Source: Camelus ferus
Taxonomy: Eukaryota
Assembly: GCF_009834535.1 (NCBI RefSeq)
Contig: NC_045696.1
Coordinates: forward strand, 112,780,001-112,844,000
Length of the DNA stretch: 64,000 bases
Reading direction: 5' to 3'
Shown here: piece by piece, positions 24,676 to 36,800 of the stretch
Numbering within the stretch: the stretch's first letter is position 1
How the letters are laid out: every line of letters begins with the position of its first letter
Program-made: the position numbers and the translations under genes
The notes under the pieces: generated by a model
What the model was told of the DNA's origin: nothing
What the model saw: the letters and a program-made list of their open reading frames with translations, nothing else
The model's database searches: none

Positions 24676-25263
24676 GTTTTTTTTTTGGTGTTGAGTTGTA
24701 TGAGCTGATTATAATGTTTAATCTTTAATTACACCATATGCACAAGTACATTCTTATAAAAGATAGACAAACATCATCGATAAAAATGTTCTTTGATCAA
24801 CACCCCAAATCCTAGACCTCTCTATAGAACTAAACCTTATTAAGCAAACTTCCTGTGCATGTTCCAGATTCATATATATATGAACATGTGCTGGTCTTTC
24901 CCTCTCTTAAGTAGGCTAAAAACTCTGTGAAGACAGGAATCATTGTTACATTTTTCCTTTCTATACACAGCGTCTAGAGTTGTATTTGACACATAATAGG
25001 TGTTCAGGAAATACATGTTAAGTGACTATAATCCCTGAAAATAAACTAATTAAATAAATCAGAAACGCCACCAAATAGCAGATAGCAGTAGTGCCCCGTA
25101 GAAAACCACGTTTTTGTGGCTTCCCTATGCCAACAGGGACCGGACGTAGAGTTAAGTGTAACACTGACTCGATACTCACTTTCTCAAGTAAGCGAGTCTA
25201 GTAAGCATTCAATGAGTGTGTCTCACGTACCGTTGCACTAAGCTTAGGCCCTCAGGTGACGAC

Positions 25264-25470
25264 AGGGGGTTTCAACCTTGGCTCCACTGACACACTGAAA
25301 GGGAGGCCTCCTTCTGGGGGCGGCTCTGGGACCTGTAGGCTGTTTAGCAGCATCTCTGGCCCCTACCCACTTCTTGCTGTAGCATCGCTCCCTCCAGTCA
25401 TGACAATCGAAAATGTTTCCAAATGCTGTCAAGTGTCTCTTGGGGACAAAAGTAGCCCCCAGTTGGGCCA
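25264..25470 (-). mobile_element. MER20
   Basis: cagggggtttcaaccttggc...tgtttagcagcatctctggcc...cccccagttg. Confidence 0.75.
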
Positions 25471-25787
25471 CACAGAAGCTGTGGCCTGAGTCCTGGGCAG
25501 TGGCCTCAGGCCTGTGTGCAGCAGTCTTCCCTTGAGTGCACACCCCACCCCCAGGAGGTGAGAACTCAGGCTACTGTCACCGTCGTGACCCAAAGACCGT
25601 ATCTTTCTCCCTCTCCCGTCTCTGGTGTCTAGACTTCTTTTTTTAGAATCATACACCAAAAAATACACCATTACTGTGCATTTCCAGACAATAGAGCTAC
25701 CATCCTCCCTTTTCCAAATGCCCTATGCTTCTGGGGGAGGAAGTTCAGGAAGGGTTGGAAACAAGATCAGAAACTATCTTTAAGATG

Positions 25788-25914
25788 GGAAGGGTATAGC
25801 TCAAGTGGTGGAGCACATGCTTAGCATGCACGAGGTCCTGGGTTCAATCCCCAGTACCTCCCCTAAAAATAAATAAACCTAATTACCTCCTCCACCCACC
25901 AAAAAAAAAAAAAA
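25788..25914 (+). mobile_element. Camelid tRNA-derived SINE (vic-1 type)
   Basis: A box tatagctcaagtgg, B box ggttcaatccc, aaacctaattacctcc, poly(A). Confidence 0.9.
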
Positions 25915-26830
25915 TTATCTTCAGTCCGTCAAAGGAGAATTTTACTCTCTTCTGATGGAGAAAGCTTCCTGGCACCTCTCTACAGACTTGAATAAAATAA
26001 GCACAAATATAACCTTCACTAGGGCATCATGCTGTGCACTTAACCTCCCTAAGTCATGCGAATGCCCTGAGGACCATTTTACAACCTGGCCTCTGACTCC
26101 TCAAATACAATTCTTTAAGTGTACGGGTGGTGCAGAGCAGACACTCCGTAAATATTTGTTGAATGGATGGATAGATCATACTATATAAAATGTAAGAGCA
26201 ATGCGATACCAAACTATGACTATTGTCTACAGAAATATTGTTGACTCTGCCCTGTGATTAAAGATATGTATTTTTCTTTCCTTTAATTTGCAACACCACC
26301 AAACATATTATCTTTTTTCATTGGACAAAGTTTACTTTAACATGACGGTTCACCAACCTTCAAACCAACTTGTTGAAGAATACGTTTTAAAAGATAATAA
26401 AAAATAGACTTTTTTTGAAATCTGCATGCTAAAACCTAACAGTTTTCAGAAAGAATGTTCCAGTTTAATTCCACCATAAGGAATAAATATTTCAATTCAA
26501 TTCTCTATTATCTCATATTTCTGTAGAATATTAAATGAAATGTGATTCATTAAAACCTCATTTGTTCATTATGAAAATACAGTAGCAACTTATACTCACT
26601 GTAAATGGACTCATTGCAGGAGTAATTTGCAAATTATATTAAGTCTTTACTTTCTAAGGGAAACCACATATTTTATTTACATTGAAACTTAATCATAATG
26701 TTCAAAGTCCTAAACCATATTCTTTATTTTGCAAATTTAATTTTGCACAAATCTTTCAAGTCAGTTACCTCTTACATAACAAATTATGTCATGTATATCT
26801 GCCCAGAAAAATTATAATTTGACCACTTAC

Positions 26831-27002
26831 ATGGAGCTTGAAATAAAGGCAGAAATTCCCAGTACATTCTATATTTAAATGCAATTTTCTTTTCCTCTCT
26901 GATTTGTATATTCCAGTCTTGGCCCTGGGGAACTGTGAAATCATTTTCTATTTTTGCACTGCCAGTTTTCAGACTCGAAAAAGCATCATAGAACTCAAGC
27001 AC
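26831..27002 (-). pseudogene. Exon remnant, still open: VLEFYDAFSSLKTGSAKIENDFTVPQGQDWNIQIREEKKIAFKYRMYWEFLPLFQAP
   Basis: gcttatcag| and CAT|gtaagt; 172 nt stop-free; resembles the RGS22/RGSL1 N-terminal pattern [DE]FF..FLSL...E.LP.F. Confidence 0.7.
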
Positions 27003-27132
27003 CTGATAAGCACTTTACACACAATGTTTAATCCTTTTTGGAGACAAAAAAATATCCATGATTGAAATTACGTGTATGAGAATAAACCAGTACAATTTCG
27101 TTTCCCAGGGGAAAGAAAACGGCCCCACTTAC

Positions 27133-27338
27133 TCATCATAGAGATGCCCCATGTACAATAAAGGCCATTATCCTTTAGCAGCCCTTTGAGAAGCCAGAGG
27201 ATGTTACTGTTGGACGAAAATTTACCAACAGAAGCAATAGCACCGGGTTGCTTAGATGTGGCAATGACATGGACTGACAATGACTGTGAGCAGGTGTCCG
27301 AGGGAGCAGAGGGACCAGCTCACTTCTGTTGCTTCTTC
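27133..27338 (-). pseudogene. Exon remnant
   Basis: ctgtctccag| and TGA|gtaagt; 206 nt links the phase-1 end of 28950-29158 to the phase-0 start of 26831-27002. Confidence 0.55.
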
Positions 27339-27489
27339 CTGGAGACAGATGACCAGTAGTCGGAATTCTCAAATGGGAAGATTTGACCTTTTAACTTTTT
27401 TATGGTATAGTTCCACAAAGCATCCCAGTGTAAAAATTAGTAGCATTTACAAGACATGGAAGTGACCGAAATGTCCATCTTCCTAGATG

Positions 27490-28160
27490 GCCTCCTAGAT
27501 TCCTCAAAAAGCTAAAAATAAACTTACCATTTACTTACATTTACTTACCATCCGATCCAGCAGTCCTACTCCTGGACATATATCCAAGGGGAATGCTAAT
27601 TTGAAAAAAATACATGCATCCCAATGTTCATAGCGGCACTATATACAATAGCCAATACATGGAAGCAATCTAAATGTCCATTGGCAGATGACTGGATAAA
27701 GAAGTTGTGGTGTATGTATACAGTGGAATACTACTCGGCCATAAAAAGAATAAAATAATGTCATTTGCAGCAACATGGATGGACCTAGAGATCATCACAC
27801 GAAGTGAAGTAAGCCAGAAAGAGAAAGAAAAATACCATATGGTATCACTTCTATGTGGAATCTAAAAAAAAAAAATGACACAAATGAACTTAATTACAAA
27901 ACAGAGACAGACTCGCAGACATAGAAAACAAACTTATGCTTACCAAGGGGTAAAAGAGTGGGGAGGGATAAACTGGGAGTCCAGGATTTGCAGATATTAC
28001 TATATATAAAATAGATAAATAAGATCCTACTACATAGCACAGGGAGATATATTCAATACTTGTAATGAAAAAAATATGAAAAGGAGTAAAATTGAATCAC
28101 TGTACTGTACACAGGAAATTAATACAACATTGTAAATCAATTATACTTCAATAAAAAATA
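27490..28160 (+). mobile_element. L1 3' end (young, artiodactyl-type)
   Basis: ccaatgttcatagcggcact...tcatttgcagcaacatggatggacctagag...tacttcaataaaaa. Confidence 0.9.
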
Positions 28161-28165
28161 ATGAT

Positions 28166-28320
28166 GGAAGGGAGGATATAGCTCAGTGGTAGAGAGCATG
28201 CTTAGCATGCATGAGGTCCTGGGTTCAATCCCCAGTACCTCCATTTCATATAAATAAATAAACCTAATTACCTCCCCCCACCAAAAAAATTAATAAATAA
28301 AATAAAATAAGAAAAAAATT
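28166..28320 (+). mobile_element. Camelid tRNA-derived SINE (vic-1 type) in an L1 tail
   Basis: tatagctcagtggtagagagcatgcttagcatgcatgaggtcctgggttcaatcccc. Confidence 0.9.
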
Positions 28321-28771
28321 AATGGCATTTAAATACTACTTGGGAATAGTGCATAATACTGGGGGAAAAAAATCCTAGATGTTAGTGTAGGTTGGTAGAT
28401 CCTAACTTAAACAGTAAGAGTGTAACCTAGGCACTATATATAAAGATAAATAAAACCTTAAAATTTGAGTTAAAGTGTCGATGCTTTGGTAAATAAATTA
28501 TTGTTGATAGAAAAAGAAGAATAGATGATGTCAGACATAAATGCATTACACAAACTTAGTTGACTCTGCCGGTGTAAAAGTTCTAGTTGTCCAGAAATGG
28601 CTAATGTCAGTACCAGTGTTAGTTTCCTTGGTATATACCTACAAAGTATTAGATCACATTAAATGATATTTTATCTTTATTTTCCTTCACAAGCCTCTTA
28701 AAATTCAACATGTTAGGTGAGAATAGAGTAAGTAGTAGCAAGTTGTACAGGAAAACTTGCTGGATGTGCAG

Positions 28772-28829
28772 GGTGGCAGTGCATCCGCAGCAAGGTGGCA
28801 GTGCAACGGTGGCAGTGCATCCGCAACGG
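28772..28829. repeat. Short imperfect tandem repeat, GGTGGCAGTGCA x3
   Basis: Copies at 28772, 28794 and 28808. Confidence 0.8.
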
Positions 28830-28949
28830 CTTCAAGGGATCTAAGGTATTTCTTTCTCTTTTATGAAAAGAAGAAATGTAGCCAGTCTCAAGCCACAAAA
28901 TGAAGTATGCAAAAAATATTTTAATCTTATGTTCTTTAAGTCACTGTAC

Positions 28950-29158
28950 CTTTCTGGTAAAGACATACGACCACAGCCAGTCTAAGGTTCTCGCCAGCTC
29001 CCCTGCCCAACTCCAGAGGCTGGTCCAGCATTTGGAGGTGTGTTGGAGGGCACTTTGGCTTTGGAAAAGTTTCCACGCCATCATCAAACGAGTTTGCACA
29101 GGTCTACTTCTAGATATAAACTGTCCCGGTTCACACAATACTTCCCACTTTGCAATGC
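28950..29158 (-). pseudogene. Exon remnant, frameshifted (GIAKW.../DSLYLEVDLCKL/FDDG...LYQK)
   Basis: ttccaaag| and AAG|gtacag; SLYLEVDLCKL resembles RGS22 DCYFEYRLAKL as recalled. Confidence 0.65.
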
Positions 29159-29344
29159 CTTTGGAATATAGAAATATTTGTAGAGCTGAGAACCCGGAGT
29201 TAGGTTGTAGAAGCCCTCGATGGACCACGCCTTGCTGAGGTCTGGCTACAAACCATGGTGATGATTGAGAGCGTTCGCTCTTATTGCCAGTAACACTCAT
29301 TTTCATGGTGTGTGGCTGGGATGTCATCTGCGGCCCCTGAATAA

Positions 29345-29865
29345 AGTGGTAACCAGTTTCCAAAATTGGTCCCCACAGGAACCATGCCTCCTGGTACTCA
29401 GACCCTTGTGTAATCCCTTCTACAGTGAATGGGGCTGACCCTGCGACTCATTTTAGTCAACGAGATGCAGCAGAAGTGATGCAATGCCAGACCTGGCTTA
29501 AGCTCAAAGAGTTAGTGGCTTAATATTGCTGTTTTGGAAGCCCCGAGCCACCACGCAGGAAGTCCAGGCACCATAGGGATGGATCACTGGGAGGGGACAC
29601 ATAGAGAGAGAGGCCTGAGACCACATGTAGTGAGGCTGTGAGGCTGTCCTGCTCCCTGACCTTCCTGCCACCCCATCAGAACCAGAGTAGAAAGCTGTCT
29701 TAGATGTTCCAGTCCCGGCCATGATCTGACTGCAGTTGCCCGGGAGACGCCAACCGAGAACAGCAAAATCAAAACAAACAAACAAACAAACAAACAAACA
29801 AATAAATAAATAAATAGAAAATAACAAACCAAAACAAAATAAAAATCAATTTCTCTAAGCCCCAG
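29345..29865 (+). mobile_element. MaLR LTR (MLT1E/F-like)
   Basis: ccatgcctcctggtactcagacccttgtgtaatccc...atctgactgcag. Confidence 0.7.
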
Positions 29866-30081
29866 TCAGCACGGAGGAGACAACACGGAGGTCAGAAGGC
29901 AGCAGTGAGCCCAGCGGGCAGGTCAGGTTCAGACAGAGGCGGCCAGTTATCAATCCCCATGTTCTACCCACATCTCCTGGATTTGCCCCAGAGATGACAA
30001 CAAATGACAGTAAGTAAGAAATAAAAGAGAAATAATAACAAAATGGTCCTTTCAAGACCAAATTTTGGACTGGTTTGTTTT

Positions 30082-30460
30082 TGAGACAGGAGGGAAGGGG
30101 GCAGGGCACAACCACTGAAGGAATGACACAGCAACTGAGGACAGGACGGACTGGGGAGAACCAAGATGGTGAAAGATTTGACTTCCAGTTGACCTTGAGC
30201 CTCATGGCACAGCCACAGGGCCATGACAGTTCCCAGGCTGACCATAAAAGGTCCAAAAGTGGGTGGGGGCCCAATTCCTGGGAATCCCACCCCCTTCCCC
30301 AAAGTAGTTGGAATAATCCTCCTGCTCATTAGCATAGGAAATCACCAAGCCCGCAAAAACTAACAACCCCGCACCTCGTGGTCGCTTTCCACTCTGTGTG
30401 TGTATCTCCCTGAGTAAACTTCGCTCTTGAATTCTTTCCTCCCAAAGACAAGAGCCTATT
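30082..30460 (+). mobile_element. MER41-like ERV1 LTR
   Basis: tgagacagg...aaccaagatgg...gccatgacagtt...ctcttgaattctttcct. Confidence 0.7.
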
Positions 30461-31689
30461 CTCCAGTAAAATAATGTAGTAATAAATAACTAAAACAAAC
30501 AGAGAAAAGACACCTGCCATCTTCTACTAAATATTAATTGGTTAGCAGCTCCTGCTTTTGCCCGTTCCTCACTCACTTCAAGTTTCTCTGTTATTCTATC
30601 GCTTACCAAACACTGCTGGAGTATTCCACGGAGCTGAGCACCCCCTGCTTACTCCCCCCGGGGACTCTACCTGCAACAGGTTGGAGCAGAGAACAGGCTC
30701 TCCCCAGCACCACCTGGGTTTTCGGCTGCCCCCTCCCCAACTCCTTCGGGGCTGCAGCTCCAGGCTCCTGGTGCCTCCCAGCACCTGGAGGGACCTGGGC
30801 TGTGACCCCCCGGTCACCTGGCGCCCCTCTGGGCCACCTTTGTTCCGCACAATGTTGAGAAAAGCGGCTTCAGTTGTATGAACCGACCTGCTTCCGGTTG
30901 AGGGCTGTAGGGGACACCTGCAGAGAACCCCAGGATTTCAGTACTCTCAGGATCCCTCTCCCACGGTGTGGAAGGTGAAATTCAGGATCCGTCCCTGCCT
31001 CTCCCCAGCCCCCAAATCCTGGGGCTGGTGGTGGCTCGGCTCCCCATGCAGCACCCACCCCTGGGAGTCTCTCCAGCTGCCCCCTTCAAGCGCTGCCTCC
31101 TCCCGGGGAGCCTGTGACCTGCAGCTCCGGTGTCACCTTCCCAGGGGCCGCTGAGCGCTTACCTGTTTCCAGCTCTCAGCAGCACACTGGCATCGCCTGG
31201 GGCTGTTGAAAAATAACCACTCCTGATCCTGCCTTTTCCTTTGCTATGTAGGATATTATTGGATCACTTGGCAAAATCCCTGCAAGGTCTATAGATCTAA
31301 CAGCAGTGTGGTTAACTCCTAATGATTGCTATTTGTTGTGCCGTGGTTGTGCACGGGAGTTCCTTGCACAGGAATTACAAACAGGAGTATTTTGAAGTAA
31401 AAGGGCATCGTGTCTGCAACTTACTCAGAGGGTTCAGAATAATTAGAGAGAGAGATCTGGGTGAAGTGTACCTGGAATTCTTTATACTATTGCAACTTTT
31501 CTGTAAAGTTGAAATTATATCAAAATTAAAATTATGAAAAGCAAATAAAAAATAAAACTATTTAACCAGAATGTGATGTGTGGTAGTGTCCATACATCAG
31601 TAATTTTATATCTTTCAGGCAATTCCAGATGCACATGGATTTGAGAAACACTGTTCCAAATCTGCCAACGGAAGAACCCCCGGGGGCAA

Positions 31690-31799
31690 GAGTGGACAAT
31701 AGAAAGGCCAGGAGATAGGGCAAGTTCAAGGTCAGATAGAGGTGGCCAGATATTTTCTTTTCAAAGCTGATTTTCTACCAACATCTCCTGGATTTGCTC
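31690..31799 (-). pseudogene. Exon remnant EQIQEMLVENQL*KENIWPPLSDLELALSP
   Basis: tttttttatcatttccag| acceptor; donor not located; diverged second copy at 29916-30009. Confidence 0.45.
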
Positions 31800-32129
31800 C
31801 TGGAAATGATAAAAAAAATGACATTAACTTGACAAACAACATTATTTTAAAACAACCACAAGCACTAATGTTGGTAGAATGAAATGATACTTTGTCATGG
31901 TGGTGAGCAAGGAAATCTATTAACCTCATTCCCACCCCGCCAGGCACACTCCTGAAGTTACCAGCTCCATTCAACCTTCACTCATAGGGATTTCATTCCC
32001 TTCAGCAAGAATCAACCACACTTTTCTCACCATATCTCTCAGCAATTGAATTTTAAAACTTTGATAGTATGGGTCACTTTTACAAATTTTTTTCTCTAGT
32101 CTTGGCATTTTCAAACTATATATTACGTA

Positions 32130-32575
32130 TGGAGTATTTTTTTATTAGCAGCTTTATTGATATATATTTCACATACCATAAAGTTCACCCTTTTAAAGTG
32201 TCCAGTTCGGTAATGTTTAGTGTATTCATAAAGTTGTATATCAGCTACCACCACCATCTAATTCCAGAACATCACCACCTGAAGAAACTCTGTACCCGTT
32301 AGCAGTCACTTCCCATCCTCCCCTGCTGCCAGCCTCTAGAAATCACTGATCTATTTCCTGTTTCTATAAATTTGGCCATTCTGGGTACTTCACATGAATG
32401 AAATGGAATATGGCCTTTAGTGTCTGCTCTTCACTTAGCATAATGTCTTCAGGGATCATCCACATTGCAGCACATGTCAAAACTTCATCATTTTTTCAGG
32501 TTGAATAATATCCCCTCACATGGATAGATCACATCTTGTTTATCCATTTGTCAACGGACAGGCATTTGGATTCTC
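32130..32575 (-). mobile_element. L1MB-like 3' end
   Basis: gctttattgatatatatttcacataccataaagttcacccttttaaagtgt. Confidence 0.85.
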
Positions 32576-33058
32576 AGCACTAAATAATTACTGGGAGGCA
32601 ATGTGAAATCCACATGCAACTCTGAAGACTGAGTTATTTTTGCTTGAAGGTTTTCTGCCTTGAGGAGAGAAACTGACACAAACTACTGTAGAAATACTTC
32701 TCTCCTAAAAACTTAGAGTGCCTGTGTAGATTAAAGGGAAAAATTCCGCTGTGTGAACGTATGTGTGTTTAGGTGGATGGAGGGACCTTCAGAATCATTT
32801 ACAATCATTTGTTTATATAGTCACAATTCAGAGATGAAAGGAAAAAAACTCTGGTAAAGTAAAAACTAGCTTCATTGCCATTTTTTCCTCTGTATGATCT
32901 CATCAAAGTAAGATTCTCAAAGCCTTGTTCTTCCAAACAAGAGCATATTACTTTGCATTTACATCACTACCTGTTATTTGTTAAAATTCCAATTGGGAGA
33001 AAAAGAACACAGTTTCCAGACTACAGGACTAAGGGCTGACAGTTGTGTTATTTACACT

Positions 33059-33076
33059 GCCCTCCAGAGGGCGCCA
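33059..33076 (+). promoter_or_regulatory. CTCF-like motif, possibly MER91-derived
   Basis: GCCCTCCAGAGGGCGCCA. Confidence 0.4.
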
Positions 33077-33899
33077 TTGACATTGCATGTTGCACCAGGC
33101 AATATGGTGACCCCAGCATTTACTTTCCTGTTGTTTCTTAATGTTTCTTATTATTTCTAAATTTGGAACAGAGGTTAGGAACATGGACACGGCTTAGTTT
33201 TTAATCTTCCCACTTCTCCTGGAAACCAAATAGAGCAACAAGGAGAACAAAAATAAAGCCATGAAATACATTTTTGGTGAAAGTAGGAGACAGAGAAAAA
33301 TCCACAAACTCCAAATTATGTGTAAGTGTGGCCAAGAGAAACTAAGGCTAGCAAGCCTTCCTATGCCGGAAGCTGCCAGAATGTAGTGGGGAAGAACAGA
33401 GAGGAGAGAGGAGGCCTTTTGGTATCAAATGTCAGAAATCAACAAATATCCCATTCTGAGTAAAACCTGTTTGTACAGAAATTAAATATGCCAGGCCATA
33501 ATTGCTGGAGAAGGTGCAGAAATGCATGAAAATTAATGAGTGAAACCCAGAAAGGGTAAGCCTCAAAAAGTGCCCTTCTTTGAAAAATAAGAGGGGTATC
33601 TTGGAAGAAAAGGGCTATGTCTCCTGGGAGTAGCAGTCAATGTAGGACCATAGGGTGGTGTTCAGGGCTGGTGATGGAAGGACTCTGGGATCCAGTTAGG
33701 TTCTGAGAGCCAGAGCAAGCTAGGCTTCACAGAGAGTCCTACTGTCAAGAAATAGTCCATCATGGTAGTGACAACATAAGAAGAAAAACCCTGGGAACTC
33801 ACCTGTCCCTACTGACCCCCCCCCCACACACACACATTTTGCATGTACGGGAACCTCCTGCAAAATAGCTAGTCCAAGACAATGCAAGTGCCTCAAATT

Positions 33900-36800
33900 T
33901 GCTAACAACAAAAGGATAAACACACATCCAGTTTCAGCTATTACATATGAAGAGCTCAGAAATCATCACTCTCTTTACAACCAGAAAAATCCAGACAAAC
34001 TACAATTCAATGACCTGTCTTGGAGCTGTTAGAGAACTGTGGTTGCAGGGCAGGCCACCATCCTGAAATGCAGAGAGACAGGTGCACCCAGAGACTCAGA
34101 GCTGAGACTGTCTTTCCTGGAGCAGAAGCTGCTAGAGCCGGAAACTGATAGAAACACATAAATAGTCATTTCGGTGAATTGCTGGAGGCTGAGTGTGGTC
34201 TAGCTCGAGAATGAGAAGGTCTTGGGGACCTTGGTCTTAGGGGGTCCCTATCCTTTTGTAGGTTTTACCTCCAATAATTCTAGCAGGTTCTCATAGTGAA
34301 GATTGAAGAAGCAGCCAGCTCTTCATGACTCTGGGAGGAGGAAGGAGGAAGAGGAACCATTGCAAAGTATACCCAAAGGTTTCTCCATAACAAAGACTTC
34401 TCCAGGGGAGAATATACTAGCAGAGCTTTATTTCACCCACGGAAAGAGCATTCTCTGACTTAATTCTCCTCTAGGCTATCTCAATTAAGCCAAGGGTAGA
34501 AGGATGGGTGGCTAAGAAACAGCTGAGAAGGTCAAGGTTAATGGACACAGGCTCACTAAAAGAATGAGATTTAACCACAGAACATAGCGTGCTTCCCCTC
34601 ACTCTCGCCTTGCTGCCACACCAACAGGACACCAGTATAATCACGGATATCAACTCAAAGAGCTACCAGGTGCACTCTGAAGAGGAGTTCTTAGGGAAAC
34701 CTAAAGACAACAGGGAGACAAAAACCAGGATGCTAGAGGGATTTGAAGCCTTTGGCTGGTACAGCTATAGCAAACGTGAAACATGCAGCTCCTAGCCAGG
34801 TTAACATAACACCTCACACTCAAAGTCAACTTACCGCAGTTTCTATTAACTGACACATCATCTCGGACTCTCGACAGAAGACTGCATGGCATATTGACAG
34901 GCAAGAAAAAACAGTCTGAAGAGACAAAGCAAGCCTCAGAACCAGACTCAGATATGACACAGGTTTTAGAATCATCAGACAAAAAATTTAAATATGATTA
35001 CTATGTTAAGAACTTTAATGAAAAAAGTAGACAACATGCAAGACTAAATGGACAGTGTAAGCAAAAAAGAATAAAAAAGCTGAGAAGGAATCCAAAGGAA
35101 ATGCTAGAAATCAGAAGTTCTGTAACAAAAATAAAGAATGCAGATTGTCTTTGATGTTTCGATCAGTAGATCGAACATGGCAATGAAAACAATTAGTGAG
35201 TTTGAATATAGGTTAATAGAAAGTTCTCAAACTGAAATGCAAAGAGAAAAAAAATGAAGAAAAAAAAAAAGCCCAGAATATCCAAGAACTGTGGGACAAT
35301 TTGCAAAGTTATAACATGAGTGTACTTGGGCTACCAGAAGAAAATGAGGGAAGTGACCAGAAAAGATGTTTGAAAGAGTAATGGGTGAAAAATCACCAAA
35401 ATTACTGACAGACAGCAAACCACAGATCCAAGAAACTCAGAGAATATAAAGCAAGATAAATACAAAAATGCCTACACATACATCTGTCATATTCAAACAA
35501 AACAAAACAAGAGATAGAGAGAGAAAACATTGAAAGAAGTCAAGTAAATAAAACGCCTTAGCTATAGAAGAAAAGGAGAGCACAGCAGAATGCTCATCAG
35601 AAACCATGCAAGAGAGTCGAATGAAATATTTAGTGATGAAGGAAAAAAACCCACCAACCTAGAATTCTATAACCAGCAAAGTTATCTTTTAAAATAGAGG
35701 AGAAATAAAGGCTTTCTCAGACAAACAAAAAACTGAGGGAATTCATTGCCAGCAGACCTGCTGTTAAAACGTATGTTAAGTTTCTCAGAGAAAAGGAAAA
35801 TGATATTGGTGGGACACTCAGATCTCCATATAAGAGGAAAAATCATCAGAGAAGGAATAGATAAAGGTAAATATAATCTTTTGGTTTTTTCATTCTTAAT
35901 TGATATAATAAATAAATGTTTGTTCAAAGTAAAAATAGTAACAACATTGAGTGACATAGCATATGAGTAAGTTAAATAACAATTTTATAAGGAATGCAAG
36001 GATGAATTGGGAATACTCTGTTATAAGGTAACTCTCCTACTGAGAAGTGGTAGTGTTTTACTTGAAACTAGATTTAGACAAGTTGTAAAAACATATTGTA
36101 ATATCTAGGGCAATTACTTTAAAAAATTAAGTATAACTGACATGCTAAGAGGAAATATAACATTAAATCATATAACATACTCAATTCAAACCAGAAAAGG
36201 CAGAAAACTATAGGGGGTGTGGAAAATAAAGAACAAGTGCAACAAATAGAAATTAGTTACAAATATAGTAGATCTTAATCCAACGATATCAATAACCACA
36301 TTAAATGTGAATGGTCTAAATACATCAAATAGAAGATAGAGGCTGTGAGTGGGGATAAAAAAATAAGACCCAACTTTATATTGTCTGCAAGAAACTCATT
36401 TTAAATATAAAGACTCATCTGGATGAAAAGTTTTACTTCTAGATAATATAGATATGGAGAGATGGGTATAGATAGATGTAGAATCGAGGAAGACATACTA
36501 TCCTAACACTCATCTAAAGAAAGTTAGAGTAGCTATATTAATTTCAGACAAAGCAGACTTCAGAACAAGAAAAATTATCACCAAAAAGGGGCATTACATG
36601 TCAAAGTGTCAATTCCCCAAGAAGACATAATAATCAATCAGTTTAAAGAAGAAAAATAATATGATTATATCAACTGATGTTGAAATGCATTTGACAAAAT
36701 TCAGTACTCATTCATGGTAAAAATTCTCATCAAATTGGGAAGAGGGAAACTTCCTCAACTTGATTAACAATATCTATTAAAAAACCTACAGCTAACATCA

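Noticed and set aside
25788..25860. tRNA gene
   Set aside because: tRNA-like head of a SINE with tail and TSD, four copies in the window
28772..28829. CRISPR-like repeat array
   Set aside because: Eukaryotic context, 12-bp units and no unique spacers; a simple tandem repeat
30538..31154. Cluster of overlapping ORFs in a GC-rich patch
   Set aside because: Open on both strands because of GC content; no motifs or splice support
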